Below are positions 37,011-48,655 of a DNA stretch of 64,000 bases, piece after piece (the stretch's first letter is position 1; each line of letters opens with the position of its first letter). Position numbers and translations under genes: made by a program. The notes under the pieces were generated by a model. It had not been told where the DNA came from, did no database searches, and saw only the letters and a list, made by a program, of their open reading frames with translations. The stretch is from Hypanus sabinus (lineage: Eukaryota), in assembly GCF_030144855.1 (NCBI RefSeq), contig NC_082710.1, positions 183,520,001 to 183,584,000 of the forward strand, written 5' to 3'.

Positions 37011-37882
37011 TTTACATGCTCTGGCCATCAATTGGCTCTATGGAAGTTAAAGGACAGATAATATTTCAGGCCCATTTTCTTCTGTAGATGCTGCCTGACC
37101 TGCTGAGTTCCACCAATGCTTTGTGTGTGTGGCTCATGATTCCAGTACCAGTGGTTTCTCGTGCCTGCAGTCGGCTCTACACAGTGCTCTTCGAAAATCT
37201 ATTAATCTGCTTTACCTAAACAGATGTAGGTTAATGAGCTTGGGTTTTCCTCCTTGGAGTGAAGGAGGACGAGAGGGGACTTGAAAGAGGTGTACAGTTT
37301 GGTAAGAGGCATCGAAAGAGGGGACAGCCAGAGACTCTATCCCAGTGTGCAAATGGCTAATACGAGGGGGCATAATTGTAAGGTGTTTGGGGGGGGGAGG
37401 GGGTAAGATGTCAGAGGCAGAGAGAGTTCTGTATACATGAAAATCCCTGCCGGGGTGGTGAAGGCAGATACATTAGGGACATTGAAGGGGCTCTTAGACA
37501 GGCACATGTGTGGGAGGGAAAGACCAAATAAGGGCTTCCTAACTTTTATACGCCATGGATCCCGACCATTACCTGAGTGGGTCTGTGGACGGCAAGTCTA
37601 GATTGATCTTGCAGTGGGGTTAAGAGGTCAGCACAGCGTCGTAGGACTGTGCTGTGATGTGGTATTGAGATTAGAGGATTTGCCAGCCACCTTACTGAAG
37701 AATGAACTGCATGGAAAACCTAAAAAGGCTGGAGTGACGTCTCCGAACCAAATCCCAGCACGGGTGCCTTGAATGGCGCAGAACGGCCACACAAACACTC
37801 GGCCAACAGCAACAAGCAAGGCCGCAGAATACAACCCAACCTTATGCCGAGCAGGAGCCAGACCAACGAACTGAACACTTAC

Positions 37883-37909
37883 CAAACTCAGTCTGGAGCT
37901 TCTTGTAAT
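37883..37909 (-). CDS. BTN-like microexon 8 (27 nt): (N)YKKLQTEF
   Basis: ttgtttcctttgcAG|27 nt|GTaagt; phase 1-1. Confidence 0.87.
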
Positions 37910-38089
37910 CTGCAAAGGAAACAATCATTAGGAAAAAGGTCATCAATCTGTTTACAAAGAGTGTTGATCAACGGGGGGAGAATGAGGAAAACACAGAGCA
38001 CTACAGACAGAAGTGATCACACCACCTGCACGATGCTTGGTCAACTGGATAAGCAAATCTGCCGATGACACTAAGATTGGGGACGTAAT

Positions 38090-38872
38090 ATAACATATAA
38101 CAATCACAGCACGGAAACAGGCCATCTCGGCCCTCCTAGTCCGTGCCGAACTCTTAATCTCACCTAGTCCCACCTACCCGCACTCAGCCCATAACCCTCC
38201 ACTCCTTTCCTGTCCATATACCTATCCAATTTTACCTTAAATGACACAACTGAACTGGCCTCTACTACTTCTACAGGAAGCTCATTCCACACAGCTATCA
38301 CTCTCTGAGGAAAGAAATACCCCCTCGTGTTTCCCTTAAACTTCTGCCCCCTAACTCTCAAATCATGTCCTCTCGTTTGAATCTCCCCTACTCTCAATGG
38401 AAACAGCCTATTCACGTCAACTCTATCTATCCCTCTCAAAATTTTGAATACCTCTATCAAATCCCCCCTCAACCTTCTACGCTCCAATGAATAGAGACCT
38501 AACTTGTTCAACCTTTCTCTGTAACTTAAGTGCTGAAACCCAGGTAACATCCTAGTAAATTGTCTCTGCACTTTCTCTAATTTATTGATATCTTTCCTAT
38601 AATTCAGTGACTAGAACTGCACACAATATTCCAAATTTGGCCTTACCAATGCCTTGTACAATTTTAACATTACATTCCAACTTCTGTACTCAATGCTTTG
38701 ATTTATAAAGGCCAGCATAACAAAAGCCTTCTTCACCACCCTATCTACATGAGACTCCACCTTCAGGGAACTATGCACTGTTATTCCTAGATCTCTCTGT
38801 TCCTCTGCATTCCTCAATGCCCCACCATTTACGCTGTATGTTCTATTTGGATTATTCCTGCCAAAATGTAGA
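38090..38872 (-). mobile_element. Young CR1 3' end
   Basis: LYKALVRPNLEYCVQF, QRQFTRMLPGFQHLSYRERL, open C-terminus. Confidence 0.88.
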
Positions 38873-39084
38873 CAAAATGGACAGAGAGGAAGGCTATCTG
38901 CACGATGCGTGGTCAACTGGATAAATCTGCCAATGACACTAAGATTGGGGACAAAATGGACAGAGAGGAAGGCTATCTGGACCAGCTGGGAAAATGGGCT
39001 GAAAAATAAATACGTTGTGAAATTTACTGTTTCGCTGTAGCAGTACCGAGCAATCTGTTCCTTAAGGGGAGCTCCCACTGCCTG

Positions 39085-39350
39085 TTGGGTGGTACGGCAG
39101 TGTAGTCATCAGCACAACACTTTATAGTACCGGTGACCCAGGATCAATTCCCGCTACTGCCTGTAAGGAGTTTGTACGTTTTCCCCATCACTGTTTCTCT
39201 GGGTGCTCCAGTTTCCTCCCACAGTCCAAAGATGCACCAGTTGGTCGGTTAATTGGTCATCGTAAACTGTCCCATGGTTAGGCTAGGGGTTGCTGGGTGG
39301 CATGGACTCAAAGGGCCAGAAGGGCCAATTCCCCTCTGTATCTCAATACA
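39085..39350 (+). mobile_element. V-SINE / HE1-type tRNA-derived SINE
   Basis: tRNA-like head, then aaggagtttgtacgtt...gggtgctccagtttcctcccacagtccaaag..ggttaattggtc core. Confidence 0.75.
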
Positions 39351-39833
39351 TGAATCAATAGATAGCTAGATAAATAAATCAATTAATCCATAAATAAATA
39401 ATATTAACTGCTCCCAAAGCCATGCATCTGAAATAGCCTCTGACATCCAAGTCACTTGTGACGTAGCTACTAAGCCCAGCTGAACTGTTTCCACGGACAT
39501 CGGTGTGTTACTAGCTCCTGAAAACCGGTTGCCTCGGGCAGGACAGGGCTCTTTGGACGAGGTTTCGAGCTGATCTTGGAGAAGGAAACCTCTGATCTCA
39601 AACCTCCCCTGCCTTGCATTTATACCTATTCATGGGGGAGGCTTCAGGAGTGAACCCTGAGGAAAAGTCCGGAGCCGGAGTCCCCAAGCCAATCCTACAC
39701 GGAGGGGAGATCCTCGTGCAGAGATTCTTTAAATGAGGCCCAGCCAGGGTGTCCATCCCACATTCGCCTACAACCTCTCATCGTCGCAAAGCTCCGGACC
39801 GCGTAGTTAACCTGTGAGCAACTCGGCACTTAC

Positions 39834-39860
39834 TAGCTGTGATCGTGCTGCTTTCCTCCT
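39834..39860 (-). CDS. BTN-like microexon 7 (27 nt): (E)EESSTITA
   Basis: ctttttgtgttttacAG|27 nt|GTaagt; phase 1-1. Confidence 0.83.
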
Positions 39861-40813
39861 CTGTAAAACACAAAAAGAACCGATGTGAAACAAATTTTAG
39901 TCCCGAATCCCAACATGCAGCAAGATTCCCCACAGTCCACGCACACCAACACATATTACAGGCTATCGTAAGGTCAGAAGTGATTCACTTTAGAAGGGCG
40001 AGCTTGAGGGCAGAACACAGGATTCCTTGCAGCCTGGAGGAACGGAGGGATCTTGGGATTCACGTCCACAGATCCCCCAAAGCTGCCGTTCAAATTGACA
40101 GGGTGGTTAAGAAGCTGTACAGTGTGTTGGCCTTCATTAGTTGGGGGACCGAGTTCAAGAGTCATGAAATAAAGTTGCAATTCTATAAAACTTCGGTTAG
40201 ACCAGACGGAGTATTGCTTTCAGCTCTAATCACTCTGTTATAGTGACGATGAGGGTACAGAGGGTTGTTACCAGGATGCTGCCTGGATTATGAGAATATG
40301 TTGTGCAAGCCAGGACTTTTCTCTCTGGAGTGAAGGAGAACGAGAGGTGACTTAATGGAGATGTACAAGATAAGAGGGAAAGATAGAGTGGAAAGCGGAA
40401 ACTTTCCCCAGGGCAGAAATGGCTAACGTGAGGGGGCAAACATTTAAGACGACTGGAGGAAAGTATAGGGGGGAGATGTCTGAGGCCAGTTTTTTTTTAA
40501 AAACAGAAGAGTGTGTGTCACGCACAGTCAGCAGTGGTGGTAGAAGCAGGTACATTGAGGACATCTTAGATAGGCTCACAGTGGAGGGCTATGTAAAAAA
40601 GTAGGGTTAGATTGATCTTGGTGTAGATTAAAAGATGAACACAACATTGTGGGCTGAAGGGCCTGTACTGACTTCCATCCACAGTAGTATTACGAGCAAA
40701 GGCAGGAGAACCAGCCCTATTCACTTTGCGACTGACATTGAAAGTGACTGGTATTAATTCAGCGGGGAGATGTCAACCCCAGCAAGTGGGGAGCACTGGG
40801 AATATCCACTTAC

Positions 40814-40840
40814 CAAATTTCTTTTTAAGTTTCTCAAGCT
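40814..40840 (-). CDS. BTN-like microexon 6 (27 nt): (E)LEKLKKKF
   Basis: ttctttttgtttgctcAG|27 nt|GTaagt; phase 1-1. Confidence 0.87.
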
Positions 40841-41039
40841 CTGAGCAAACAAAAAGAAAAACAGGAGACAATGTAATGATTGTAACAAACAGACTAGGAT
40901 TAGCTCAAACAACATCACTCATGCAAGAAATTATGCAGAAAAAGTAATGCCTCACTTTCAGCGACTCGAATCTGCAGTTTTTTCTCGTGTTTTTTTTTTA
41001 CTTTTTTTCACTATTTGTGCAATTATTGGCTGTCCCTCT

Positions 41040-41190
41040 ACCTCCTCCCCGCCCACCCCTACCCCCTCCACATCCCCAACCCTCACACCCACAACCCTAA
41101 TCCTAACCCTAACCCCCACCCCTACCCCCTCCACCTCCCCAATCCTAATCCAAACCCCCAGCTCCACCCCAACCACCACCCTCAAGCCCG
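41040..41190. repeat. C-rich low-complexity tract with a 28-bp duplication and CCCTAA-like units
   Basis: cccacccctaccccctccac(a/c)tccccaa twice; aaccctaatcctaaccctaacccc. Confidence 0.7.
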
Positions 41191-41298
41191 GCTCCGACAA
41201 CATTAAGGAACCAACATGATGCCCAGGAACCTGAATGTGGAAACTGCAGAGGGTAACAGATGAGACTACACTGGTGACAGAGTTCTCTACATGCTCAC

Positions 41299-41325
41299 CT
41301 GATTTCTCTGCTCGTACTGCTTCCG
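41299..41325 (-). CDS. BTN-like microexon 5 (27 nt): (A)EAVRAEKS
   Basis: attgtctgtttcAG|27 nt|GTgagc; phase 1-1. Confidence 0.83.
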
Positions 41326-41559
41326 CTGAAACAGACAATAAAAACATATTAAGAGGCGTTGCCAGTGACCAGAGCCCAGGGAGCCCGTCGTACAGTAGGG
41401 ACAGTCAGCAGACTCTTAACAAGCCGAAAGCCTCGCGTCATTGAAACTTCGAGCAAGGTAGGAAACTTCTCTTTGGAGCGAAGGAGGATCAGCGGTGACT
41501 TGATAGAAGTGTACAAGATGATAAGAGACATCGATCAAGTGGACTTTATGTGTCTTCAT

Positions 41560-43810
41560 GTGAGTGTGTGTCAGTGACTCTTTCTCTGTGTGTGTGTCTC
41601 TCTCTAAGTCCATCTGTGCATCTCTGTCTGCGTGTGTGTCTCCCTCTATGACTGTGTGTCTCTCTCTCTATGACTGTCTCTCTCTCTCTATGACTATGTG
41701 TGTCTCTCTCTCTGTCTGCGTGTGTGTCTCTCTCTCTCTATGACTATGTGTGTCTCTCTCTCTGTCTGCGTGTGTGTGTCTCTCTCTCTATGACTATGTG
41801 TGTCTCTCCCTCTGTCTGCGTGTGTGTGTCTCTCTATGACTGTGTATCTCTCTATCTGCGTGTATCTCTCTATGACTGTGTATCTCTCTCTCTATGACTG
41901 TATCTCTCTCTGCGTGTGTCTCTCTATGACTGTGCATCTCTCTCTCTGTCTGCATGTGTGTGTCTCTCTCTATGACTGTGTATCTCTCTCTCTGTCTGCG
42001 TGTGTGTCTCTCTCTATGACTGTGTATCTCTGTCTGCATGTGTGTCTCTCTCTATGATTGTGTATCTCTCTGTCTGCATGTGTGTGTCTCTCTCTATGAC
42101 TGTGTATCTCTCTGTCTGCGTGTATCTCTCTCTATCTGCGTGTATCTCTCTATGACTGTGTATATCTCTCTCTATGACTGCACCTCTCTCTGTCTGCATG
42201 TGTGTCTCTCTCTATGACTGTGTATCTCTCTCTCTCTGTCTGCGTGTGTCTCTCTCTCTATGACTGTGTATCTCTGTCTGCGTGTGTGTCTCTCTCTATG
42301 ACTGTGTATCTCTCTCTTTCTGTCTGCGTGTGTGTCCCTCTCTATGACTGTGTATCTCTCTCTGTCTGCGTGTGTGTCTCTCTCTACGACTGTGTATCTC
42401 TGTCTGCGTGTGTGTCTCTCTCTATGACTGTGTATCTCTCTGTCTGCATGTGTGTGTCTCTCTCTATGACTGTGTATCTCTCTGTCTGCGTGTGTGTGTG
42501 TGTCTCTCTCTATGACTGTGCATCTCTCTCTCTGTCTGCGTGTGTGTCTCTATGACTGTGCATCTCTCTCTGACTGCGTGTGTCTCTCTCTGACTGTGTG
42601 TCTCTCTCTATGACTGTGTATCTCTCTCTCTGTCTGCGTGTGTGTCTCTCTCTCTATGACTGTGTATCTGTCTGCGTGTGTGTCTCTCTCTGACTGTGTG
42701 TCTCTCTCTATGACTGTGTATCTCTCTCTCTGTCTGCGTGTGTCTCTCTCTCTCTATGACTGTGTATCTCTCTGTCTGCATGTGTGTCTCTCTCTGACTG
42801 TCTCTCTCTATGACTGTGTATCTCTCTCTGTCTGCGTGTGTCTCTCTCTCTATGACTGTGTATCTCTCTGTCTGCGTGTGTGTCTCTCTCTCTATGACTG
42901 TGTGTCTCTCTCTCTGTCTGCGTGTGTGTCTCTCTCTCTGTCTGCGTGTGTGTCTCTCTCTATGACTGTGTATCTGTCTGTATGTGTGTGTCTCTCTCTA
43001 TGACTGTGTATCTGTCTGTATGTGTGTCTCTCTCTCTATGACTGTATCTCTCTCTGTCTGCGTGTGTGTGTCTCTCTCTCTCTCTCTATGACTGTGTATC
43101 TCTCTGTCTGCATGTGTGTGTCTCTCTCTATGACTGTGTATCTCTCTCTGTCTGTGTGTGTCTCTCTCTCTATGACTGTGTATCTCTCTCTCTCTCTCTG
43201 TGTCTCTCTCTCTCTATGACTGTGTATCTCTCTCTGTCTGCGTGTGTGTGTCTCTTTCTCTCTCTATGACTGTGTATCTCTCTGTCTGCGTGTGTGTGTC
43301 TCTCTCTCTCTCTATGACTGTGTATCTCTCTCTGTCTGCGTGTGTGTGTGTCTCTCTCTCTATGACTGTGTATCTCTCTCTGTCTGCGTGTGTGTGTGTC
43401 TCTCTCTCTATGACTGTGTATCTCTCTCTGTCTGCGTGTGTGTGTCTCTCTCTCTATGACTGTGTATCTCTCTCTGTCTGCGTGTGTGTGTGTCTCTCTC
43501 TATGACTGTGTATCTCTCTGTCTGCGTGTGTGTGTGTCTCTCTCTCTATGACTGTGTATCTCTCTCTGCGTGTGTGTGTGTCTCTCTCTCTCTATGACTG
43601 TGTATCTCTCTCTCTCTCTATGACTGTGTATCTCTCTGTCTGCGTGTGTGTGTCTCTCTCTCTCTATGACTGTGTATCTCTCTCTCTGCGTGTGTGTCTC
43701 TCTCTCTCTATGACTGTGTATCTCTCTCTCTGTCTGCGTGTGTGTGTCTCTCTCTCTATGACTGTGTATCTCTCTCTGTGACTGCGTGTGCGTGTCTCTC
43801 TCTCTCTGTC
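41560..43810. repeat. Compound (CT)n/(GT)n-derived minisatellite of roughly 50 variable units of about 40 bp
   Basis: Unit CTATGACTGTGTATC(TC)nTGTCTGCG(TG)n(TC)n. Confidence 0.95.
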
Positions 43811-44488
43811 TGAGCGCCTCTCTGTTGTTCAAGATTTCTAGCATCTGCAGAATCTCGTGTTGGTGTGTCAATGAGCTGCTTGGTTCCGATAGCAGTGAGA
43901 AATAGCTGTTCAAGCCGTGACATCAGGAATTTGATATGAAAAAAGTTCTTATTCTACTTGACGATGGAATAACTTTAATCATCTCGAGGATAAAACAACA
44001 GGTGAGGAAGGGGTTTCCATCTGGATATGTCCGTTTCAAAAATAAAACAAAATAGTAAGAGCCCAATGCTTGCTTTCAATGATTTCCTAACTATCTGTGA
44101 AATATGATCCAAAAATTAATAACCGGTAATGTAGTTTAGAAACACGAGAGATTCTGCAGATGCTGGAAATCCAGAGCAATGCACACAAAATGCTGGAGGG
44201 TCTGAGCAGCTCAGGCTCTATGGAAACGTACAGACAACGTTTCGGGCCAAGTCCATTCATGGCCAGACTTCAGAAGACCCCTATGACTGCTACATACTGA
44301 GAGTTTTGCCTTCCCTGTTACATAACAGTCAGTCAAGGTGCTGTTTGCTTTCGTCTGATAGGCAAACCTCAAACCGTAATCACTGCCCACCAATATTCAA
44401 AACATTGTGCTTTTAGAGAGGAATACAGCCACAGGCTTATGCCATTACCCCATGGCACCATCTTCACAACACAACCCACTGTCCTTAC

Positions 44489-44515
44489 CTTTCTCCCTGC
44501 GCAACTTCTCATACC
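44489..44515 (-). CDS. BTN-like microexon 4 (27 nt): (G)YEKLRREK
   Basis: ttctgttctctttcAG|27 nt|GTaagg; phase 1-1. Confidence 0.87.
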
Positions 44516-45749
44516 CTGAAAGAGAACAGAAATCCAGCTGTTAAATGGGTGACCAGCTGTAAGCTATAACACTTCCATTCGTTCAGGGAATAGGTAAAGC
44601 TGCAGATGAACCAAAAACCAGAAACACGGGTTAATGGCACCCACGGAAAGGGAAACTAGGCAGTGTTTCAGGCCAGTGACCCAGCCGCAGAACAGGGTGG
44701 GAGAGTGGAGGGGTGTCATCAGTTTGTACAGCCCACCGGGGGCGGCCAGGAGTGAGGTCCAAGAAAGCGTACCTGTTAAATACGAGAGCATAAGGGCAGC
44801 AAAGTCGCACACCAGTTACAACATCAGCACGCACAAACTGGGTCCAACTCCTGCTGCAGTCTGCAAGGGGTCTCTGTTCTCCCCGGCTGCTCTGCTCTCC
44901 CCCACATTCCAGAGAAACACAGGTGCAGGTTAGCAAGCGGTGGGCATTCCGCACTTGTAGGCTGCCCCCAGCACATCCTCGGACTGCGTTGGTCCTGGAC
45001 GCGGACACTTCACTGTACATGTGGGCAGGTTTGCCACAGGTGCAGGGGTGGGCTTGAACTAATTTGGCAGAGTGAGAGGGCAGAGTCTGGGACAGTTGGT
45101 GCACAACGAGATACAGTGTGTAGTGACACTGTCAGGAGGAACGGGCAGATGACAGGGCAAAATTGCAGTCAGTGGGAGGAGTTAAAGTGTAATGGGGGGC
45201 CAAAATCAAAAAGTGACGAATAGAGGACTGAAGGTGTTCTATGGGAATGCATGCACCAAGTGGGATAAGGTCGATGATCTTGCAGCAAGTCAGAGATTGA
45301 CAGGTATGACCTCGTGAACGTCTGAGTTGTGGCTGAAAGAAGGTCGTAGTTGGGAGCTTAACATCCAAGGATGCACACTGCATCGAAAGGACCGCCAGGT
45401 AGTCAGGAGGGGTGGGATGGCTCTGTTGGTACAAAATGAAATGAAATCTTTGGAAAAAGGCATCACAGGATCAGAAGATGTAGAAACTGCCAGGATAAAA
45501 AGACCCTGATGGGAGTTATATACAAGCCCCTGAACAGTGGGCAGGTTGTCGGCTACAAATTCCAATGGGAGATAGAAAAGGAATGTAAAAAGGGCAAGGT
45601 GCAATAATCACGGGGGATTTCAATATTTTGGTAGACAGGGAATATCCAGTTGGCGTTTGATCTCAAGAGAGGGAATTTGTAGAAGGGCCTATTCCACGCT
45701 GTCCCTCAATAAAAAAACAATTCGCCATTGTGCACGCATTTGATGGCCA

Positions 45750-46145
45750 CTCTATTAGGAACACCTCCTTGTTAATGCAAATATCTAATTAGCCAATCAT
45801 GTGGCAGCAACCCAATGTATAAAAGCACGCAGGCACGGTCAAAAGGTTCAGTTGTTACAACCAAACTTCAGAATGGGAAAGAAAAGCGACCTGTGACCTT
45901 GGAGTGATTGTTGGTGCCAGGCAGCACCTCGGAAGCTGCTGATCTCCGGAGATTTCTGCCCTCTACAGCTTCTGTGAGTGAAAATGCCTCGTTAATGAGG
46001 GAGGTCAGAGGAGAATGGCCAGACTGGTTCAAACTGACAGGAACTCAAATAACCATGCATTACAACAGCGGGTGCAGAAGAGCACCTCTGAACATTTAAC
46101 ACGTCAGACCTCGACGTGGATGGACTACAGCAGCAGAAATCCATG
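45750..46145 (+). mobile_element. Tc1/mariner transposon fragment (5' end and HTH region)
   Basis: tggccactctattaggaacacc terminal-type sequence, then degenerate MGKK.DL...IVGAR and ..ERGQRRMARLVQ Tc1 transposase N-terminus. Confidence 0.65.
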
Positions 46146-46696
46146 AACACACACGACAGTCGGCTTACCTCACACTACAGACACATGGTGCATGTGGGGT
46201 AGAGAGAGTTGGGTGGGGGGAAGAGGGGAAGTAGTACAAGGTGTTGATGAGGCCTAATTTACAGTATTGTGTGCAGTTTTGGTCATCTACCTACAGAAAA
46301 GATAAAAATAAGGACAAGAGAGTGCAGAGAAAAACTCCAAGGATTTGGCCAAGTCTGGAGGATCAGAGTTATGAGGGAAAATTGAATTGGGACTTTACTC
46401 CTGGGAACATAGAAGACTGAGGAGAGATTTGATAGAGGTAATCAAAATAAACAGAGTAAATGCGAACAGGCTTTTTCCACTGAGCTCAGCTGGGACTACA
46501 ACACCAGAGGTCATGGGTTAGGGGTGAAAGGTGAAACGTTTAAGGGGAACATGAATAGTGTGAAATGAGCTTCCAGCTCAAATGATCCATGTGGGCTTAT
46601 TTTCAACATTTAAGAGAAGTTTGAACAGGTACATGGATGGGAGGGGAATGCAGGGTCATGGTCCCGGTGCAGGCCGATCAGAGAAGGTAGCTTAAA

Positions 46697-47905
46697 TGAC
46701 AAACAAGAGAAAATCTGCAGATGCTGGATATCCGAGCAACACACGCAAAATGCTGGAGGGACTCAGCCGGCCAGGCAGCGTCTATGGAAAAGATTACAGT
46801 CGGTGTTTCGGGCCGAAACCCTTCTGCAGGACTGGAGGAATAAAGCTAAGGAGTAGGTTTAAAAGTGGGGGGGGGGGGTAGAGGGAGAGAGAAAGGCAAG
46901 GTGATAGGTGAAATCTGGAGGGGGAGGAATAAAGTGAAGAGCTGGGAAGTAAATTGTTGAAAGAGACAGAAGGCCATGGAAAAAAGAAAAGGGGGGAGGA
47001 GCACCAGAGGGAGGCGATGGACGGGCAAGGAGATAAGCTGAGAGAGGGGAAATGGTGAAGTTTGGGGGTGGAGGCATTACTGGAAGTTGGAGAAATCGAT
47101 GTTCATGCCATCAGGTTGGAGGCTACCCAAACAGAATATAAGGTGTTGTTCCTCCAACCCAAGTGTGGCCTCATCGTGACGGTGGAGGGAGGCCATGGAA
47201 GGACATATTGGAATGGGAATGGGAATGGGTGGCCACTGGGAGATCCCGCTTGTCCTGGTGGACAGAGCGTGGATGCTCGGTGAAGCGGTCTCCCAATCTA
47301 CATCGGGTCTCACCGACATGCAGGAGGTCACGCCGGGAGCACCAAACACTGCCAGTGACCCCAACAGTCTCACAGGTGAAGTGTCGCCTCACCTGGAAGG
47401 ACTGCCTGGGGCCCTGAATGGTGGTGAGGGAGGAGGTGGAGCACTTGTTCTGCTTGCCAAGGGGAAAAGGGGTGGGTTGAATGGACAAGGGAGTCACGAA
47501 GGGAGCCACCCCTGCGGAAAGCAGAAGCTGTGGGTAGGGGGCAGTGGTGGGATCTCGTTGGAGATGGCAGAGATTCTGGAGAATTACATGCTGGGCATGG
47601 AGGCTGGTGACAAGAGGGACACTATCCCTGGAAGGGTGGCAGGAACATGGTGTAAGAGCAGACGTGCGTGAAATGGAAGAGATGCGGTTGAGGGCAGTGT
47701 TAATGTGGAAGGGAAGCCCCTTTCTTTTAAAAAGGAGGGCATCTCCATTGTTTTAGAATGAAAAGACTCATCCTGAGAGCAGAAGTGGCGGAGATGGAGC
47801 AATTGAGAGACAGGGATGGTGTTTTTACGAGTAGCAGGGTGGGACGAGGTGTCGTCAAGGTAGCTGTGAGAGTCCACAGGTCTGTAATAGACATCAGTGG
47901 ATAAG
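46697..47905 (-). mobile_element. Penelope-like element, 3' part (RT thumb, GIY-YIG endonuclease, pLTR with hammerhead motif)
   Basis: DSHSYLDDTSSHP..KNTIPVSQ, QSFQVRRHFTCE..VWCSRRDLLHVGETRCRLGDRFTEH, LEEQHLIFCLGSLQPDGMNIDFSNF*. Confidence 0.9.
46797..46834 (-). ncRNA. Minimal type I hammerhead ribozyme motif (A6C core variant, degenerate)
   Basis: CAGUC-CUGCAGA-A-GGGUUUCGGCCC-GAAA-CA-CC-GACUG; stem I perfectly paired. Confidence 0.5.
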
Positions 47906-48628
47906 CTGTTTCCACAATTTCAATGGTTCGGCAGAGACCAGGTGGGCCACAGAGCAGGCTTCTGAGCTGTACTTTTCTATAACCGTGACTCATCATAACA
48001 ATTAAATCTCTGGGTCGGGGGAAGTGTGACACCCCCGATGACGTCAGCTTCTGATGGTTCTGAAGGTGAACCCCGACGGAATACTGACCAAGTGTAACTC
48101 GGCAAAGTTTAGAGAAGCCTGCGTTGTTTCCCCCGGAGCGCTGGAGGCTGACAGGAGACATGTTTATAAGATTATCAGAGGCACAGAGAGAGTAGACAGA
48201 CAATACCTTTTTCCCAGGGTTCAAATGTCTAAGACCAGGGGGTGAGAGGGGCTAATTTCAAAGGAGATACAGAGAGTGGTGGGTGCCTGGGGTGGTGGAG
48301 AGCCAGAAATAGTGGAGACTTCTAAGAGACATATAGATAGGCACATGATTGTGAGGAAAATGGAGGGACACGGACATTGTGTAGGCAGAAGGGCCATTTG
48401 ACTGGTTCAGCACAACACTGTGGGCTGAAGGGCCTCTTCCTGGGTCCTTTGCAAGATTGTCACACACCAGCATCCAATGTTGGTCCCAGTGGAAACGCAG
48501 TGCACTGCAGGGACGTCCTCTCACTCATCGTATCCTCGCTGAACGTACAGGGAGGCATACGGCCTATCTGCCACCAGTATTCACGGCGTCAGAACACTCG
48601 ATCACCATAAATTGATCCCGAGACTCAC

Positions 48629-48655
48629 CTTCTTCCGCTACCAGCTTCTGTTTCT
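48629..48655 (-). CDS. BTN-like microexon 3 (27 nt): (E)KQKLVAEE
   Basis: ctgtctcttgcAG|27 nt|GTgagt; phase 1-1. Confidence 0.85.

Noticed and set aside
41700-43913. Many 60-137 aa Cys/Val/Ser/Leu or Arg/Glu/His/Thr ORFs
   Set aside because: They are translations of the dinucleotide-derived array.
44298-44314. 17-nt AG..GT candidate exon
   Set aside because: Not a multiple of three; it would disrupt the B30.2 frame.
44573-44599. 27-nt AG..GT segment next to microexon 4
   Set aside because: In-frame TGA in phase 1, weak donor (GTGTTA), and only a 57-nt intron to the next exon.
8620-46834. Apparent strand bias: sense-oriented intronic hammerheads have CUGCNGA while antisense copies keep CUGANGA
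   Set aside because: Only a few copies, and the intergenic copy at about 25300 has the same change, so a subfamily difference explains it without selection.
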